The notes beneath the pieces are model-generated. The model saw only the letters and a program-made list of their open reading frames with translations, made no database searches and was not told the origin of the DNA. A stretch of 64,000 bases of DNA from Squalus acanthias (lineage: Eukaryota), in contig CM059431.1 of assembly GCA_030390025.1 (NCBI GenBank), positions 112,532,001 through 112,596,000 on the forward strand, in the 5' to 3' direction. Every line of letters begins with the position of its first letter. Positions within the stretch are counted from its first letter, which is position 1. A program made the translations under genes and the position numbers. Positions 14,704 to 26,729 of the stretch are shown here, in pieces.

Positions 14704-16249
14704 CCCAACAAGAATTCTTTCGTACTCTAGCAAAATTCTATAAAACAAGATTTCATGCTAGTCAAACCTTGATGCAGTTCTCTGTATATATCCTCTTTAT
14801 ACTAATAAATAACTAAAGCCTGATTGATATTACATTTATTTATAGGATTTCAGTATTAGAGGTGCAATTTCTAGTGTGATTACAATATTACTTCAGGATA
14901 TCAAATGAAAGCCAGATAAAGTCAACTGAGATCCAAACACATGGGAAAGCCTTCATTAAATTTCTCCACATAATACATTGGAAAATATGAATGTGAATGT
15001 GCAAAATGATTAAAAGGCACAATGTCATCAGTAATTCCTGAATTGTAAGACAGCAATTTTAATGCTCAAAAAAGGGAATCAAAGTCAAAATAGTGCACAC
15101 ATGTGAATTCGTCACACTTTTGTTTGCAACAGTTTGACATTGTGCACTTCATAAGAAAAGCTTTTCAGTGAAGATTCCATTTTTAAAACATATCAATGGG
15201 TCCTTTTATATTTAAAAAAATGGTGGATTTCTTATAGTCTGTCCTATGATTGATTTTCTGAATTCTCTGGTTGTATAAAAGAATTCCTAGTTTGTTAGCC
15301 TAAATACTTAATGAGAACTTATTTTACAAACTATGATTTTTTTTGAAAAACATCTAAAGCAGTTGGGCTAAAAATTGAGTAGCGCCCCATTTGGGGTGCT
15401 AACTTCGCCGGGGTGCTACTTTTTAGCGCCCCGGAAAAATTAGCGCCCCCGCACCAGAAATTGAGTGGTTGCGCCCCAAGAGGGAAGCGGGGCACTACTG
15501 GAAGCGCCCCGCATCCCCCTTGGGGCGCTACAAGTCAATATCGCGGCGCTACGTGCCACAGCACCACGCGCTGCGGCACCTTGCGTCGCGATATTGCAGG
15601 CCTTCCCCTGCTTAAAGGGGAGGGGCTTTGCGCAGCATGACCCAGAGCCCAGTTGGGCCCCCGGGGATCGGGAGTGCCGGCAAAAGAGCCCGGCACTCAA
15701 GAGAAGTGCCAGACTCTTGGGCCTCGATTTTATCAGGCCCGAGGAGGCGGGATTGGAGGCGTGTGAGGCGTTAAAATCGCAAAAAATGGCGGGCGGCTTC
15801 GATCCCACCTCCATCCCACCTCCGAGCAATTTTCCCAGATTCGGGGTTTCAGACCCCGTTTCCATCCCGCCTCCAAGAGGCGGGATAGGCCCTTAATGCC
15901 CTTAACAACCAGTTAATTGCCTCTATAATCCCATTTTGAGAGGCCTTTCTGATTTTAACACATTTCCCCCATCCTGCATGTCTCCTCTGGAACACGCCAG
16001 GTAATCCTGGCGGCCTCACAAGTGGATTGCTTACTAACAGCTGCAGCTCCACCATTAAAAAGGAGTTTTCACCGATGATCATTTGCAGGTGGCAGAACTT
16101 TGTTGTCTCAGATCTGGGGGAACTTTTAGCAGGCCTACTCATTGTTGTGGAAGTTTGGAGCCTGACACCCATCTCCACTGTGACCTCCTGGGAAACCCCT
16201 CTCCCCACATTGACTGAGTGCTTCCTCAACTGTATCATATACCAGAAGC

Positions 16250-16476
16250 ATGGGAACCATTTATTTCCTTTCCTCCTGGACATCAGATTCAGACGAAGAC
16301 CAGCCACGGCAGCAGCAGAACCATGAACAATAGCAGCACCAACAGCAGCAGCAACAACAGGAGCGCCAAGCTGCTGCTCACCCACCTGAAGCTGCACAGG
16401 CCAGAAGGCACCAGCGTGTGACCACATTGCTGCCCGGGATGCAAAGGACGCACTCATGTTGGCCAGATTTGCTTAA
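16250..16476 (+). pseudogene. Probable transposase remnant (N-terminus joined to C-terminus, DDE core absent)
   Basis: ATG 16250 reads MGTIYFLSSWTSDSDEDQ-polyQ with an internal stop, then switches frame to IAARDAKDALMLARFA*. Position is convergent with the Myb gene. Transposase identity is inferred from position and the C-terminal motif only. Confidence 0.45.
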
Positions 16477-16734
16477 CCTGCAGAATCAAACACTTTTGCC
16501 TCGCACCTTCTTACCAGAGCATCGACAATGGACAAGAACCTGCGGATTCCTATCACTCTGACCACCATACTGACAATTGCAAGTCGCCCTAAGCCCTCAA
16601 TGTGGAAGTCCCATTTGCGAGATGACACAGGCCACAACTTCAACAGTTTACCATCAAATCTGTTTATCATCACATCACAAGGATGGCTTGTCAAAAAACA
16701 ATACAACAGAACACCCAAGTGACTACCCTTGTGA

Positions 16735-18675
16735 CTACTTGTGCTTTATCTTCCTCTTACGCGTGTTCCTACGTGGTGCTTCCCCTGTGGCTTCAGCAGA
16801 TGTGGAGGCCCCTTGCTCACTTTCTTGCTGCTCCTGTCTCGACACCTTTGGCGGGTGTCCTCTGGGGTTGCGAGCCTGTGAGGGCTCGGCAACAGTCTGC
16901 TGCTCCTGCGGCTGTGCAGGGGATGAGACGCCCATCTCAGTTGGGTGAGGACTCTGGTTGGGCTCTGACCGAGGGCTTTGCAGTGGCATGGTCATGTGAG
17001 CGCTTGGAGAGGAGCCCCCACTTCCTTGTTGTCTGCCACCAACATCCCTCTCATGGGTCAGCCCCACTTCAGAGCTAGCAAGTGGCTTGACAGCAACTTG
17101 CTGCACTTCAGAGGGGCCATGAGGACCCGTTTCTGCACTGGAAGTCCTACTCCAGAGGACTTCCATGTAGGTCTGGTTTGTATGCTCAATAGCTGACCAT
17201 CGCTCCTCAAGAGATGTCAGTCTATTCTGAACAATGACCATGTTTTCAACACTCTGGCGACTTAGCTCCTCCATGGCCATAGCCATCCTCTCCTCTACCG
17301 TAGCCATCCTTTCCACAGAGGTTGCCATCCTTTCCGTGGTGATGCGTTCATGCGCCAATGCCTCCACAAAGGCTCTGCTCATGTTCGCAATGGACTCCTC
17401 CATTCGCTCCACACTCGCAGCGACCCTGGAGACAAAACCTGCCAGAGACTCCTGCACCTGTTCCTGGAGTTCCAGCACCGCTCTCCTTCTGGATGGACCC
17501 GGAGGCACAGGGTCGACATGCAGCAGAGTCGAGCTGGGAGAGTCCTGCGCCCTCCGACGAGGACTCTCCACTGCTGTCCCTGTCTCCACCATCTGCTGAT
17601 GCTCACTTGTAAGCTGTGATACACCAGGTGACAACACTACTCTATCTCGCGAAGGTCCAACCAAGGTGTGAGTGTCTGCGCTGGTGCTGGGTACACTGAT
17701 TCTGCTGACGCTGCACCCTCAGAGGTTGCATCTTCCTCTGAGGAGTCTTGAGGCTCAGGCTGCTCCTCCTGGACAGTGGGGACGGGGGCTGTCGATGGTC
17801 CTGTGGGGGAGTAAAGGAAAGAGTTAGAGATGTGAGGTAACGGTTGCATGCACATTGAATTGTGTAGATGATCATAAGTCAATCTGTTAGAGCATCAGAT
17901 TCATTATCAGTCACTCATGCAATGTCAATGAGAGAGATGCCAAACTATTACGTCACCAGCTTGCTGTGATGCGCTCGTCTGTCCGTCCCCCACTTGCGAA
18001 TCTTCCTCAACACCGGCGATTTCCAGGGCCGCCTCCTCCGAGGTGGTGAGCTGGGCTACTGAGGATGGCCCTCCTCCTGTCCTCGCTCTTTCCCTCTTAT
18101 TGTGGACTCTCTTTTCCTGCAATGAGGGACACAAGTGGAGTTTGAGTGAGAATGAAGGAGTGAGTGTCGAGAATCCATAGCATAGATGCTTAGAAGGAGA
18201 CCAAGGGCCCTCCCTGTGTGTTGTAAGTTGTTGTTATTGCATCACAGTGATAGGGAGTGTGAGGGCTGCATGGTCGAATAGTTAAGTGAATGTGACCATA
18301 GAGAGACAGGGAATGGGTAAGGGTGCAGGGATGTAAGTGTCAAGTGGGATGTGGAGGAAGAGGTTGGCAAAGCTGAGTGTTGGTGAGGAGAGGCGATGGG
18401 GATCAGATTGAGGGTGATGGCAAAGTCATACTCACTTTTCCTGTGCAGAGAAGGTCATGAAACCTCTTCCTGCACTGCAGCCAGGTTCTGCGGCACATAG
18501 AGATTGAGTTGACCTCCTGGGCCACTTGCATCCACACCGCTTTAGTCTGCTGGGGAGGCTTTTTCCTCCCTGAGGAAGGGAAGAGCACCTCCTTATTTGA
18601 TCTTGCTCCCTCCACCAGAGCTTGGAGGGAGGCCTCATCGAACCTTGGAGCACACTTTGGCCTACTGCTGGACAT
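16735..18675 (-). pseudogene. Transposon Myb/SANT-like DNA-binding protein gene, 3 exons (18436-18675, 17957-18116, 16735-17800), one frameshift near 17700
   Basis: Exon 1: APRFDEASLQALVE...WMQVAQEVNS...RTWLQCRKRFHDL. Exon 2: EKRVHNKRERARTGGGP. GT-AG introns with matching phases 0 and 1. Exon 3 has heptad repeats (VERMATSVERMATVEERMAMAMEEL) and a basic C-terminus (RRNTRKRKIKHK*). Joined length is 1466 nt, one base short of an intact frame. Confidence 0.85.
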
Positions 18676-19957
18676 AGTTGCTGAATGAAGCGATCACAAC
18701 AATGGCCATAAAGTTTAAAGTCTCCAGAAGAAGCAAGGCTGCTTGCAGGCCTTAAATCCAGCTGCATTGATGATGTCACAGAGGCGACTTTCTGTATGAA
18801 AAGACTCATTGGGCCAGGGGTTTCCACACGCTGGAAATCAAGTGCCCAATTCGGGCAAAATCGCACTTTTTTCCCACTTCACATCGGAGTCGGGGTCCTG
18901 ACACGAAAACCACCTGACACGCCCCAGCCCGTCCCCAATGGCAAAATCGAACCCTTGGAGCGCAGCCGGCACTCCGCGGGGGGGTGCCGTTCAGGAGGCC
19001 GGGGACGAGAGCGCAGGCAGGTGCTGGCAGGTGGCCAGCAACAAAAATGGCCGCCCCGCACCTCGCCTTTAAATTGCACCTCCCCGGCCGCAGGTAGGCC
19101 CCCCTGACCCCGTCGACATAGCGTCCGGCGGTAAGTCAGGGGGTGTTCTCGAAGATCACGGCCGGGGCGCGAGCGGGGCGCTGCGCACAGCGATGACGTC
19201 ATTGCCGGCGGCGCAGCACCGTGGGGCGCTACTGGTTAGCGCCGCCGCTAACCTCCCGCTGAATTTCGTGGGAGGCGCAAAGCAACGCAATTTTTCCCCC
19301 GTTATGTTTGTGCTGAATACTTGTTCCTAACGATTTTATGGCGATAGCAGCTGTAATCACAATTTCAGTTGGATTAATTGACAAGATAATAGGATAATGC
19401 GAATTTTCTATCAGGAAAACTCATTAAGGTTTATTTGGAATAGATACTTATGCTTTCAAACATTTTGTGAACAATTCTTTACAGTTACCATGTTTTTCAA
19501 AAATGCTGAAACTTTGCATAATTATATACTAGCTGAATCAAAAGCTATTAAATGTGATTTTTTTTTAAATTATTATTTATTGCATTTTGCAATAGGAAGA
19601 GTGATACCGAACTTGACAGACCAACGTGTTATCCAAATTAGCTTGTATTTTACAACCAAAATATTTAAACTCGAAAGTAAATGTTTTGTGGGGATCAGAA
19701 TTGACTTTAAGAATCTCTAAGCCGGAAGCAAAGAAAAATACGATTCTGGATTTTCTTTAAGGAATTTATTTTAACAGTGGCTTCCCCATTTTGGCTTCGC
19801 CTTTGACATCCTTGTCTGAGAGAGTGGTCAGACAGTCTGCTAGCAAGCCCTTACTACTGCCACCAATCACAATGAGAGAAGTACTGTCCCGCCAACTTTT
19901 CTTCCCTGCCTATAGGGAAGAACCTGGGCACTAATTGGCACCAACCCCTGATGGCAT

Positions 19958-21420
19958 AGGTGAGATGCACTTTGGGAGGAACAACATGGAGAGGCAGTAT
20001 AATCTAAATGGTACTATTTTGTGGGGGGTGCAAGAGCAGAGGGATCAGGGGGTGCATAATCGCAAATCTTTGAAGGTGGCAGGGCAAGTTGATAATGTGG
20101 TTCAGAAAGCTTTGTAAAGAGAGGCATTGAATACAAAGGCAAGGAAGTCATGCTAAACCTTTTTAAATCACTGATTAGGCCTCAGTTAGAGTATTGTGTA
20201 CAATTCTGGGCATCACACTTTAGGAAGGATGTCAAGGCCTTGGAGAAGGTACAGAGGAGGTTTACCAGGATGATACCAGAATGAGAAGTCGCACAACACC
20301 AGGTTATAGTCCAACAGATTTATTTAAAATTACAAGCTTTCGGAGCTGTCGCCCCTTCGTCAGGTAAAGGTGCAATGAAGGAATCTACAATATTACACAA
20401 TATATAAACACAGAAACTGCAGAGATAAATACTAAATAAATAAATAAATACTGCAGGATGATACCAGGGATGAGGGAGTTTGGTTATGTGGAGAGATTGG
20501 AGAAGCTGGGATTGTTCTCCTTAGAGTTAAGGGGAGACCTAATAGAGGCATTCAAAATCATGAAGGATTTTGATAGAGCAAGTAGGGAGAAGTTGTTTCC
20601 TCTGGCAAGTGGGCCAGTAACCAGAGGTCATAGATTTAAAATAATTGGTAAAAGAACTAGAGGGGAAATGAGGAGACATTTTTTTCACACAGAGGGTTGT
20701 TAAGATCTGGAGCACACTACCTGAAAGGGTGGTGGTATCAGATTCCATAGGAATTTTCAAAAGGCATGTACTTGGAGAGGACTAATTTGCAGGGTTATGG
20801 GGAGATAGCTGGGTTGTGGGACTAAATTGGACAGCTCTTTCAAAGAGCCGGCACAGACATGGCTGGCAAAATGGCCTCCTTCTCTGCCACACCTGGAGTA
20901 CTGTGAGCAGTTCTGGGCACCACACCTTATGAAGGATATATTGGCCTTGGAGGGAGTGCAGCGTAGGTTTACCAGAATGATACCCGGACTTCAAGGGTTA
21001 AGTTACAAGGAGAGATTACACAAATTAGGGTTGTATTCCCTAGAATTTAGAAGGTTAAGGGGTGATCTGATTGAAGTTTTCAAGATATTAAGGGGAATAG
21101 ATAGGGTAGATAGAGAGAAATTATTTCTGCTGGGTTGGGGAGTCTAGGACTAGGGGGCATAGTCTAAAAAATTAGAGACAGACCTTTCAGGAGTGAAATT
21201 AGGAAACACTTCTACACACAAAGGGTAGAAGTTTGGGATTCTCTTCCGCAAACGGCAGTTGATGCTAGGTCAATTGTTAATTTTAAATCAGAGATTGATA
21301 GCTTTTCGTTAACCAAAGGTATTAAGGGATATGGGCCAAAGGCGGGTATATGGAGTTAGGTCGCAGATCAGCCATGATCTCATTGAATGGTGGAAGAGGC
21401 TCGAGGGGCTGAATGGCCCA
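19958..21420 (+). mobile_element. Tandem CR1 LINE 3' fragments
   Basis: EMHFGRNN...; [55 protein letters not shown]. Two successive CR1 3' ends. Confidence 0.85.
20280..20453 (-). mobile_element. Penelope-like terminal-repeat fragment (family B) with hammerhead motif, inserted in CR1
   Basis: Minus strand CTGACGA-A-GGGGC-GACA-GCTCC-GAAA-GCTT. Flanked by the 14-bp duplication caggatgataccag (20266-20279 and 20454-20467). Confidence 0.7.
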
Positions 21421-22698
21421 CTCCTGTACCTATGTTCCTGTAAAATGTTATGATTCTAGCCAGAATTCAGTATGTAGAGGGTCGCAGGTGAAAACATTTT
21501 GGAATGGGACATTTGGACTCCAATGCGTTGTGCTAACAAGGAGCAGTTCTTGTTTCATAAACAGCACAGTATTTTAAGTGAGGTTTTGGGATCCAGTAAC
21601 TAGTAGCTAGCAGCTGTCACTTCATTTTGAACCATTTTTAAGATACAAGTACAGAAACAATTTCAAGATTAATTTGATTTTCTCTAGTCTTATTTTAGTT
21701 TGTGTAATTATTAACTAAACTTGAATTTCAGCAATTACCATCATCCCACAGACTTCAGTTAGTACGGGGCTCCTAAACAACTAAAATCTTAACAGTTTTA
21801 AAAATAATGTGCTGATCTTAAGAAAACAATACAGAATTTGCATTTATATTGTACCGTTCATATCCTCAGGGCATAGCAAACCACTTCACAGCAAATTAAT
21901 TACTTTTTGAAGTGCAGCTACTGTTGTTTTCTAGGTGAATATGGCAGCCAATCTGTGCACAACACGGCCCTCAAACCTTCCCCAAGAACCTCTGCCACCC
22001 AGAAGGACAAGCGCAGCAATGTTGTGGGATCTTCATCACCTCCAAGTTCCTGATTAATTCACACACCATCCTGAATCAGACAAATAAAACATTTCCTTTA
22101 CTAATGCTGAATCATTAGCCTGGAATTCACTACGGGACACCATCGTGGGAGTGCCATTAGTAAAAGACTGCAACAGCTGAAGGAAAAGGCCCACAAACCC
22201 ACCTTCTCAGGGCAACTCGGCATGGGCGATAAATGTGGCCTTTCCAGCATCACTCACATCCTGAGGACAAATTTTTTAAAGTGCTAACTTAAATGTGAAA
22301 CTGTAGAGTACTGTCTATGGAATGTTCATGGAGATGACATAATAATTTAATACTTTCTTCTCTTCACAGAAGAGCTGGGATTTAAGCACAAACTATACCA
22401 CAAAGCACAAGCACCGCCACTGCGAGCACCAACCAAGGAATGATGCTATTAGTATTGGTACAGTGTACTAGATCACCAGGAGTCCTTACTCAGCACAGAG
22501 AAGTCAAACTGAAGAGACCTTTTTTAAGGAATCACAGATGTGTGGAGCATTGGTGGGTATAGAGCAGCGAGATATTCACAATCCTAACAATCTGAGGCTG
22601 GGAAATTTTGCATGGTCCTCCTCAAAGATTGGTGGAAGACTGGAATGCAGATTGGCTACAATCCAGTCCAGTATGGAGAAACTATTAGCTAACATAAC

Positions 22699-23462
22699 AG
22701 GCCAGAAATTCGGCTTTCCGGCTTCCTGCGGGTGCAAGCATCGCGCGCGTACTTACCTACCGCGCCTGCTGTTGTGCTTTGGGCCCACGAGGACTTCGGC
22801 TCCTGGGCCTCCTGCAGCTGCCGGCGCGCAGTGCTTGCATATCCCAGGGGCGCAGTTAGTTCGAAGCGTCCCCTGGATCACGTGGGCCATGGAGAGCCAA
22901 TCCTAGCAGGGCATTTTCATTCATAGATTTGACAGGAAGACCTGTCAAATCTATGAATAGAGATCGGCCCCAAAACCACACTTAAACTTCAAATACATTT
23001 TTTTTAAAACATCACATTTTTAAAATAACTATAAGTTAAATAAATTAACTACCTTAAACAAAAATTTAAATTTTTGAAAAAATTAATTATACTTTTTAAC
23101 AGTGCTAAAAATAAACTTACCTTTCTTTAAAGTATCTGAAAAAGATAAACCTGTTGAAAAAATGTTTAAATTGTAATTAATTAACCACTTACCTTGTTAA
23201 AAACAGGCCTTGCGCCTCCTTTTTAAAAGTGCAGCTTCTCCATACTTACCTTCCCGGAGAAACCTGAAAAAAAACCTGAAGTTCGTTGCGTGCGCGCAGC
23301 CTCTCCCGCGCACGCATTCGACTTCTGAACCCCTCCCTTCAGGGGAACGGAAGTTCCGGTTTCCCACGCATGCGCAGTGCATGCAGGAAACCGGCACTTC
23401 AGGTGGCCTTACGGGTGAGTTCACAACGCGTACTCACCCGACAACAGCCGAATTTCTGGCCC
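22699..23462. mobile_element. Harbinger-type MITE
   Basis: TIRs aggccagaaattcggct / agccgaatttctggccc. 3-bp TSD AAC. GC-rich ends, AT-rich centre and an internal 18-bp-arm hairpin. Confidence 0.85.
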
Positions 23463-25399
23463 AACATTTCCCGATATTACAACAGTGACTACACTTCAAA
23501 ACCACTTTGTTGGCTGTGAAGTGCTTTGGGACATTGTGAGATTGTCAAAGTGCGATATAAATGCACGTTTTTCTTCTTTTTTTTGTAACGCCTGGAATCA
23601 AATCCTCAGTGAAAACAAACTAAGTCTGTATCGGATATGGGGACAACTCATCAGGCAGCGCTGAGGGCAAGAGTGCAGATGTGAAGAGGCACCATATCAA
23701 TTAAAATGATATTCTCAGCATTTCCTGTTTTTTTTATTTCAGATTTTCAACAGTTGCAGTTCTTTGTTTTTTATTAGCTCTACTGAATAAGTTCTGGAAG
23801 TAGATTGTTCCCGAACTGAGCCTGTCCAAAAAATTCCCCAAGTTATCTTTTTCTCCATGTATGTAAAGTGCCTGCTGACAGTACATAAAATGGCACCTGA
23901 GATGTGTGCAGAGTCTGTGCCGAATGCTACACATTGGAGGAAAATAACATTGGAGGAAAATAACATTGGAGAACGTTAAGGGTTAATCAGGGTATCAGCA
24001 GGAATCCTGTGGCTAACCTGAGTAATTTGGTGCAATCCGCTGGTCTAGTACTGCTGTGCTTTGTTTTTATATATATATATGTATATGTAAAATCAAGTTA
24101 GTGAACATAGTGTAGTAGTGTAGGCTTTTAATCCTTTGTTTACAAAGCATGGTGGTGATAGTCTTTAAGAAATAACTAATCAATGTTTAGTTACTGGTCT
24201 GTAATATTTGCAGAATTTAAGGGGAAGCTAGGTAAGTACATGAGGGAGAAAGGAGTAGAAGGATATGCGGATAGGGTGAGATGAAGTAGGATGGGAGGAG
24301 GCTCATGTGAAGCGTGCACACTGGCATAGACCAGTTGGGCCAAATGGCCTGTTCCTGTGCTGTAAAATCCATGTAATTATGTGCCAGGGAGGATGTTTTA
24401 GCAGACGGTCCTTAAACGGGGAAATGATAAAGGAACAGACAGAATATATACAGATATCCTTATGGCTAGAGGATGATAAGAATGCTGAGGTTAAGGTCTG
24501 TCTCTACTCATGGAATGCATTAGAATGTAGCACCAAGATATGGAATCGATGTATTAAAGGTAAAGTGAATGTGGAATGGGTGCACTGGAGAGATCCAGGA
24601 TGAGACAGACTGGTACTGCATTAGGAATAGACCTGGAAGTCAACAGATTCCCAAGGATGAATAGTACCCAGAGATTGAAAGAAGGTGCTGGGTGTTTGGG
24701 TAACTGGTATAAACTGGTGCTAATTGCAAGGACACCCGAGTGTTAAATCAGCAGAAGGGTGCCAGCCGGTCAGACACTCCCTCTCTCGATGTAATAAAGT
24801 TTATGTAAAGTCTGGGAAAGAAAGGGGAGTTGTGGCAGAGCACAATGTGAGCTGTCACTTGGCTGTGATCAGAAAGAGTATATAGGAAGAGGGTCTGCAC
24901 CTATACGGGGAGCTGCAGCGAATCTCCAGAGAGCAAGAGATGTCAGCTGGCTGTGCGCCCAGGAGGCTTTGGCACTATTACAGTCAATGATGCACTTTTG
25001 TTGGAGTTGGAGCTTCTATCAAAGATTAAATTGATTCACATGTAGTCATGTGAGGCCTGAAGCCAAACTATAGAGACACGGTTACTAAATTCTCCAACCA
25101 CATATGCTGTTAACTATTCACCCATTCTTCATCTCTCTTAAGTCTTTAAATTCTTTTAATATGCTTCTTTGTATCATCTCATGTTAATCTCACTTCAGCC
25201 ATTTAACCTCTTGACTTTCTTTTAAGCATGTTACAGGTGTAACGTACTTCATCCCTTGTCTGTGTGTTTCCCTTTGTTCTGTTCCTATTTAAATGCTGTT
25301 CATTTAAAAAAAAATCAGTTCTGATGAAGTATTATACCCGAAACATTAACTTGTCTGGTCCCTCCATAGATACTCATTGACCAGCTGAGTGTTTACAGC

Positions 25400-25830
25400 A
25401 ACATCAACAACAACCTGTATTTATATAGCGTCAAAACATCCCCAAGGCATTTCACAGGAGCGATTATCAAACAAAATTTGACCCCGAGCCACATAAGGAG
25501 ATATTAGGACAGGTGACCAAAAGCTTGGTCGAAAAGGTAGGTTTTAAGGAGTATCTTAAAAGAGGAGAGAGAGGCAGAGAGGTTTAGGGAGGGAATTCCA
25601 GCGCTTAGGGCCGAGGCAGCTGAAGGCACGGCCACCAATGGTGGAGCGATAAAAATCAGGGATTCATAAGAAGCCAGAATTGGAGGAGCGCAGAGATCTC
25701 GGAAGTTTGTAGGGCTGGAGTAGATTACAGAGATAGGGAGGGGGGGGCGAGGACGAAGAGGGATTTGAAAACAAGGATAAGAATTTTTAAAACGAGGCAT
25801 TGCTGGACCGGGAGCCAATGTAGGTCAGTT
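25400..25830 (-). mobile_element. L2-type LINE 3' fragment
   Basis: Reverse-complement homologue of the 2480-2910 segment. Confidence 0.7.
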
Positions 25831-26019
25831 TGCATAAGGGCACTTTCTGTTTATGTTTAAAATGGACATTGTTCAAGTCAAAGGTCTCTCACAGATGCTG
25901 ATACATATCATGGCTGTTATCCATGGCAGACAAGGTGCAAATATACAATTGAATCATTTTGTGCCAAATATATATTGCATGTAGTTATTCCACTGATATA
26001 TTGTAAACTTGCAATAAAG

Positions 26020-26493
26020 AAAATAAATACTTGCATTTATATAGCGCCTTTTACGACCTCCGGATGTCTCAAAGCGCTTTACAGCCAATGAAGTACTCTT
26101 TTGAAGTGTAGTCACTGTTGTAATGTAGGAAACGTGGCTGGCAATTTGCGCACAGCAAGCTCCCACAAACAGCAATGTGATAATGACCAGATAATCTGTT
26201 TTTTTTTAGTGATGTTGATTGAGGGATAAATATTGGCCAGGACACTGGGGATAACTCCCCTGCTCTTCTTCGAAATAGTGGCGTGGGATCTTTTACATCC
26301 ACCTGAGAGAGCAGACGGGGCCTCGGTTTAACGTCTCATCCAAACGACAGCACCTCTGACAGTGCAGCACTCCCTCAGTACTGCACTGGAGTGTCAGCCT
26401 AGATTTTGGTGTTCTAAGTCTCTGGAGTGGGACTTGAACCCACAAGCCTTACCAACTCAGAGCAAGGGTGCTACCAACTGAGCCACAGCTGAC
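26020..26493 (-). mobile_element. tRNA-derived Deu-domain SINE (SacSINE1/DeuSINE-like), full length
   Basis: tRNA-like head (gtggctcagttggtag...gggttcaagtccc), central Deu domain (gagggagtgctgcactgtc...gatgagacgttaaaccgaggcccc) and L2-like tail (gcgctatataaatgcaag). Confidence 0.85.
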
Positions 26494-26711
26494 AATCAAA
26501 ATCCAAGCTCTTGTTGGTTTCATTGTTTAATGCTGTGTTCTTTTACCGGTGTCAGCCAAAACACGCGATGAAACTGCGTAACGTGAAAAAAAATGATCAT
26601 TACTTTTTTAGGATTTTGTAGTCATTAGATTTTGCTAAAAAGTCTCGGCTTGTCAAAAATTGTTTTACAAACCACAACATTGGGAGGCAAAAGCTGGCGA
26701 CCACTGTATCC

Positions 26712-26729
26712 ACCACCAGGTGGCGGCAT
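26712..26729 (+). promoter_or_regulatory. Candidate CTCF site
   Basis: CCACCAGGTGGCGGCA is a near-consensus CTCF core in non-repeat sequence. Confidence 0.5.

Larger units (their letters stand above)
15720..18954. mobile_element. Nested PIF/Harbinger-type element with a spliced Myb/SANT-like gene and an internally deleted transposase
   Basis: TIRs ggcctcgatttt / aaaatcgaaccc. 3-bp TSD TTG (15717-15719 and 18955-18957). Convergent two-gene layout as in Harbinger elements. Confidence 0.85.
15365..19300. mobile_element. Outer GC-rich Harbinger-type non-autonomous element containing a nested insertion
   Basis: TIRs gggctaaaaattgagt / acgcaatttttccccc (13/16 complementary). 3-bp TSD GTT (15362-15364 and 19301-19303). 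Confidence 0.75.

Noticed and set aside
19590..19650. NLTDQRVIQIS resembles ACOD1 HLTDRVIQRS
   Set aside because: The similarity does not extend on either side and no further ACOD1 exons were found; probably chance.
23931..23970. Short tandem duplications (also 43634-43680, 47865-47942, 53734-53773)
   Set aside because: Two to three contiguous units without unique spacers; slippage-type repeats, not CRISPR-like arrays.
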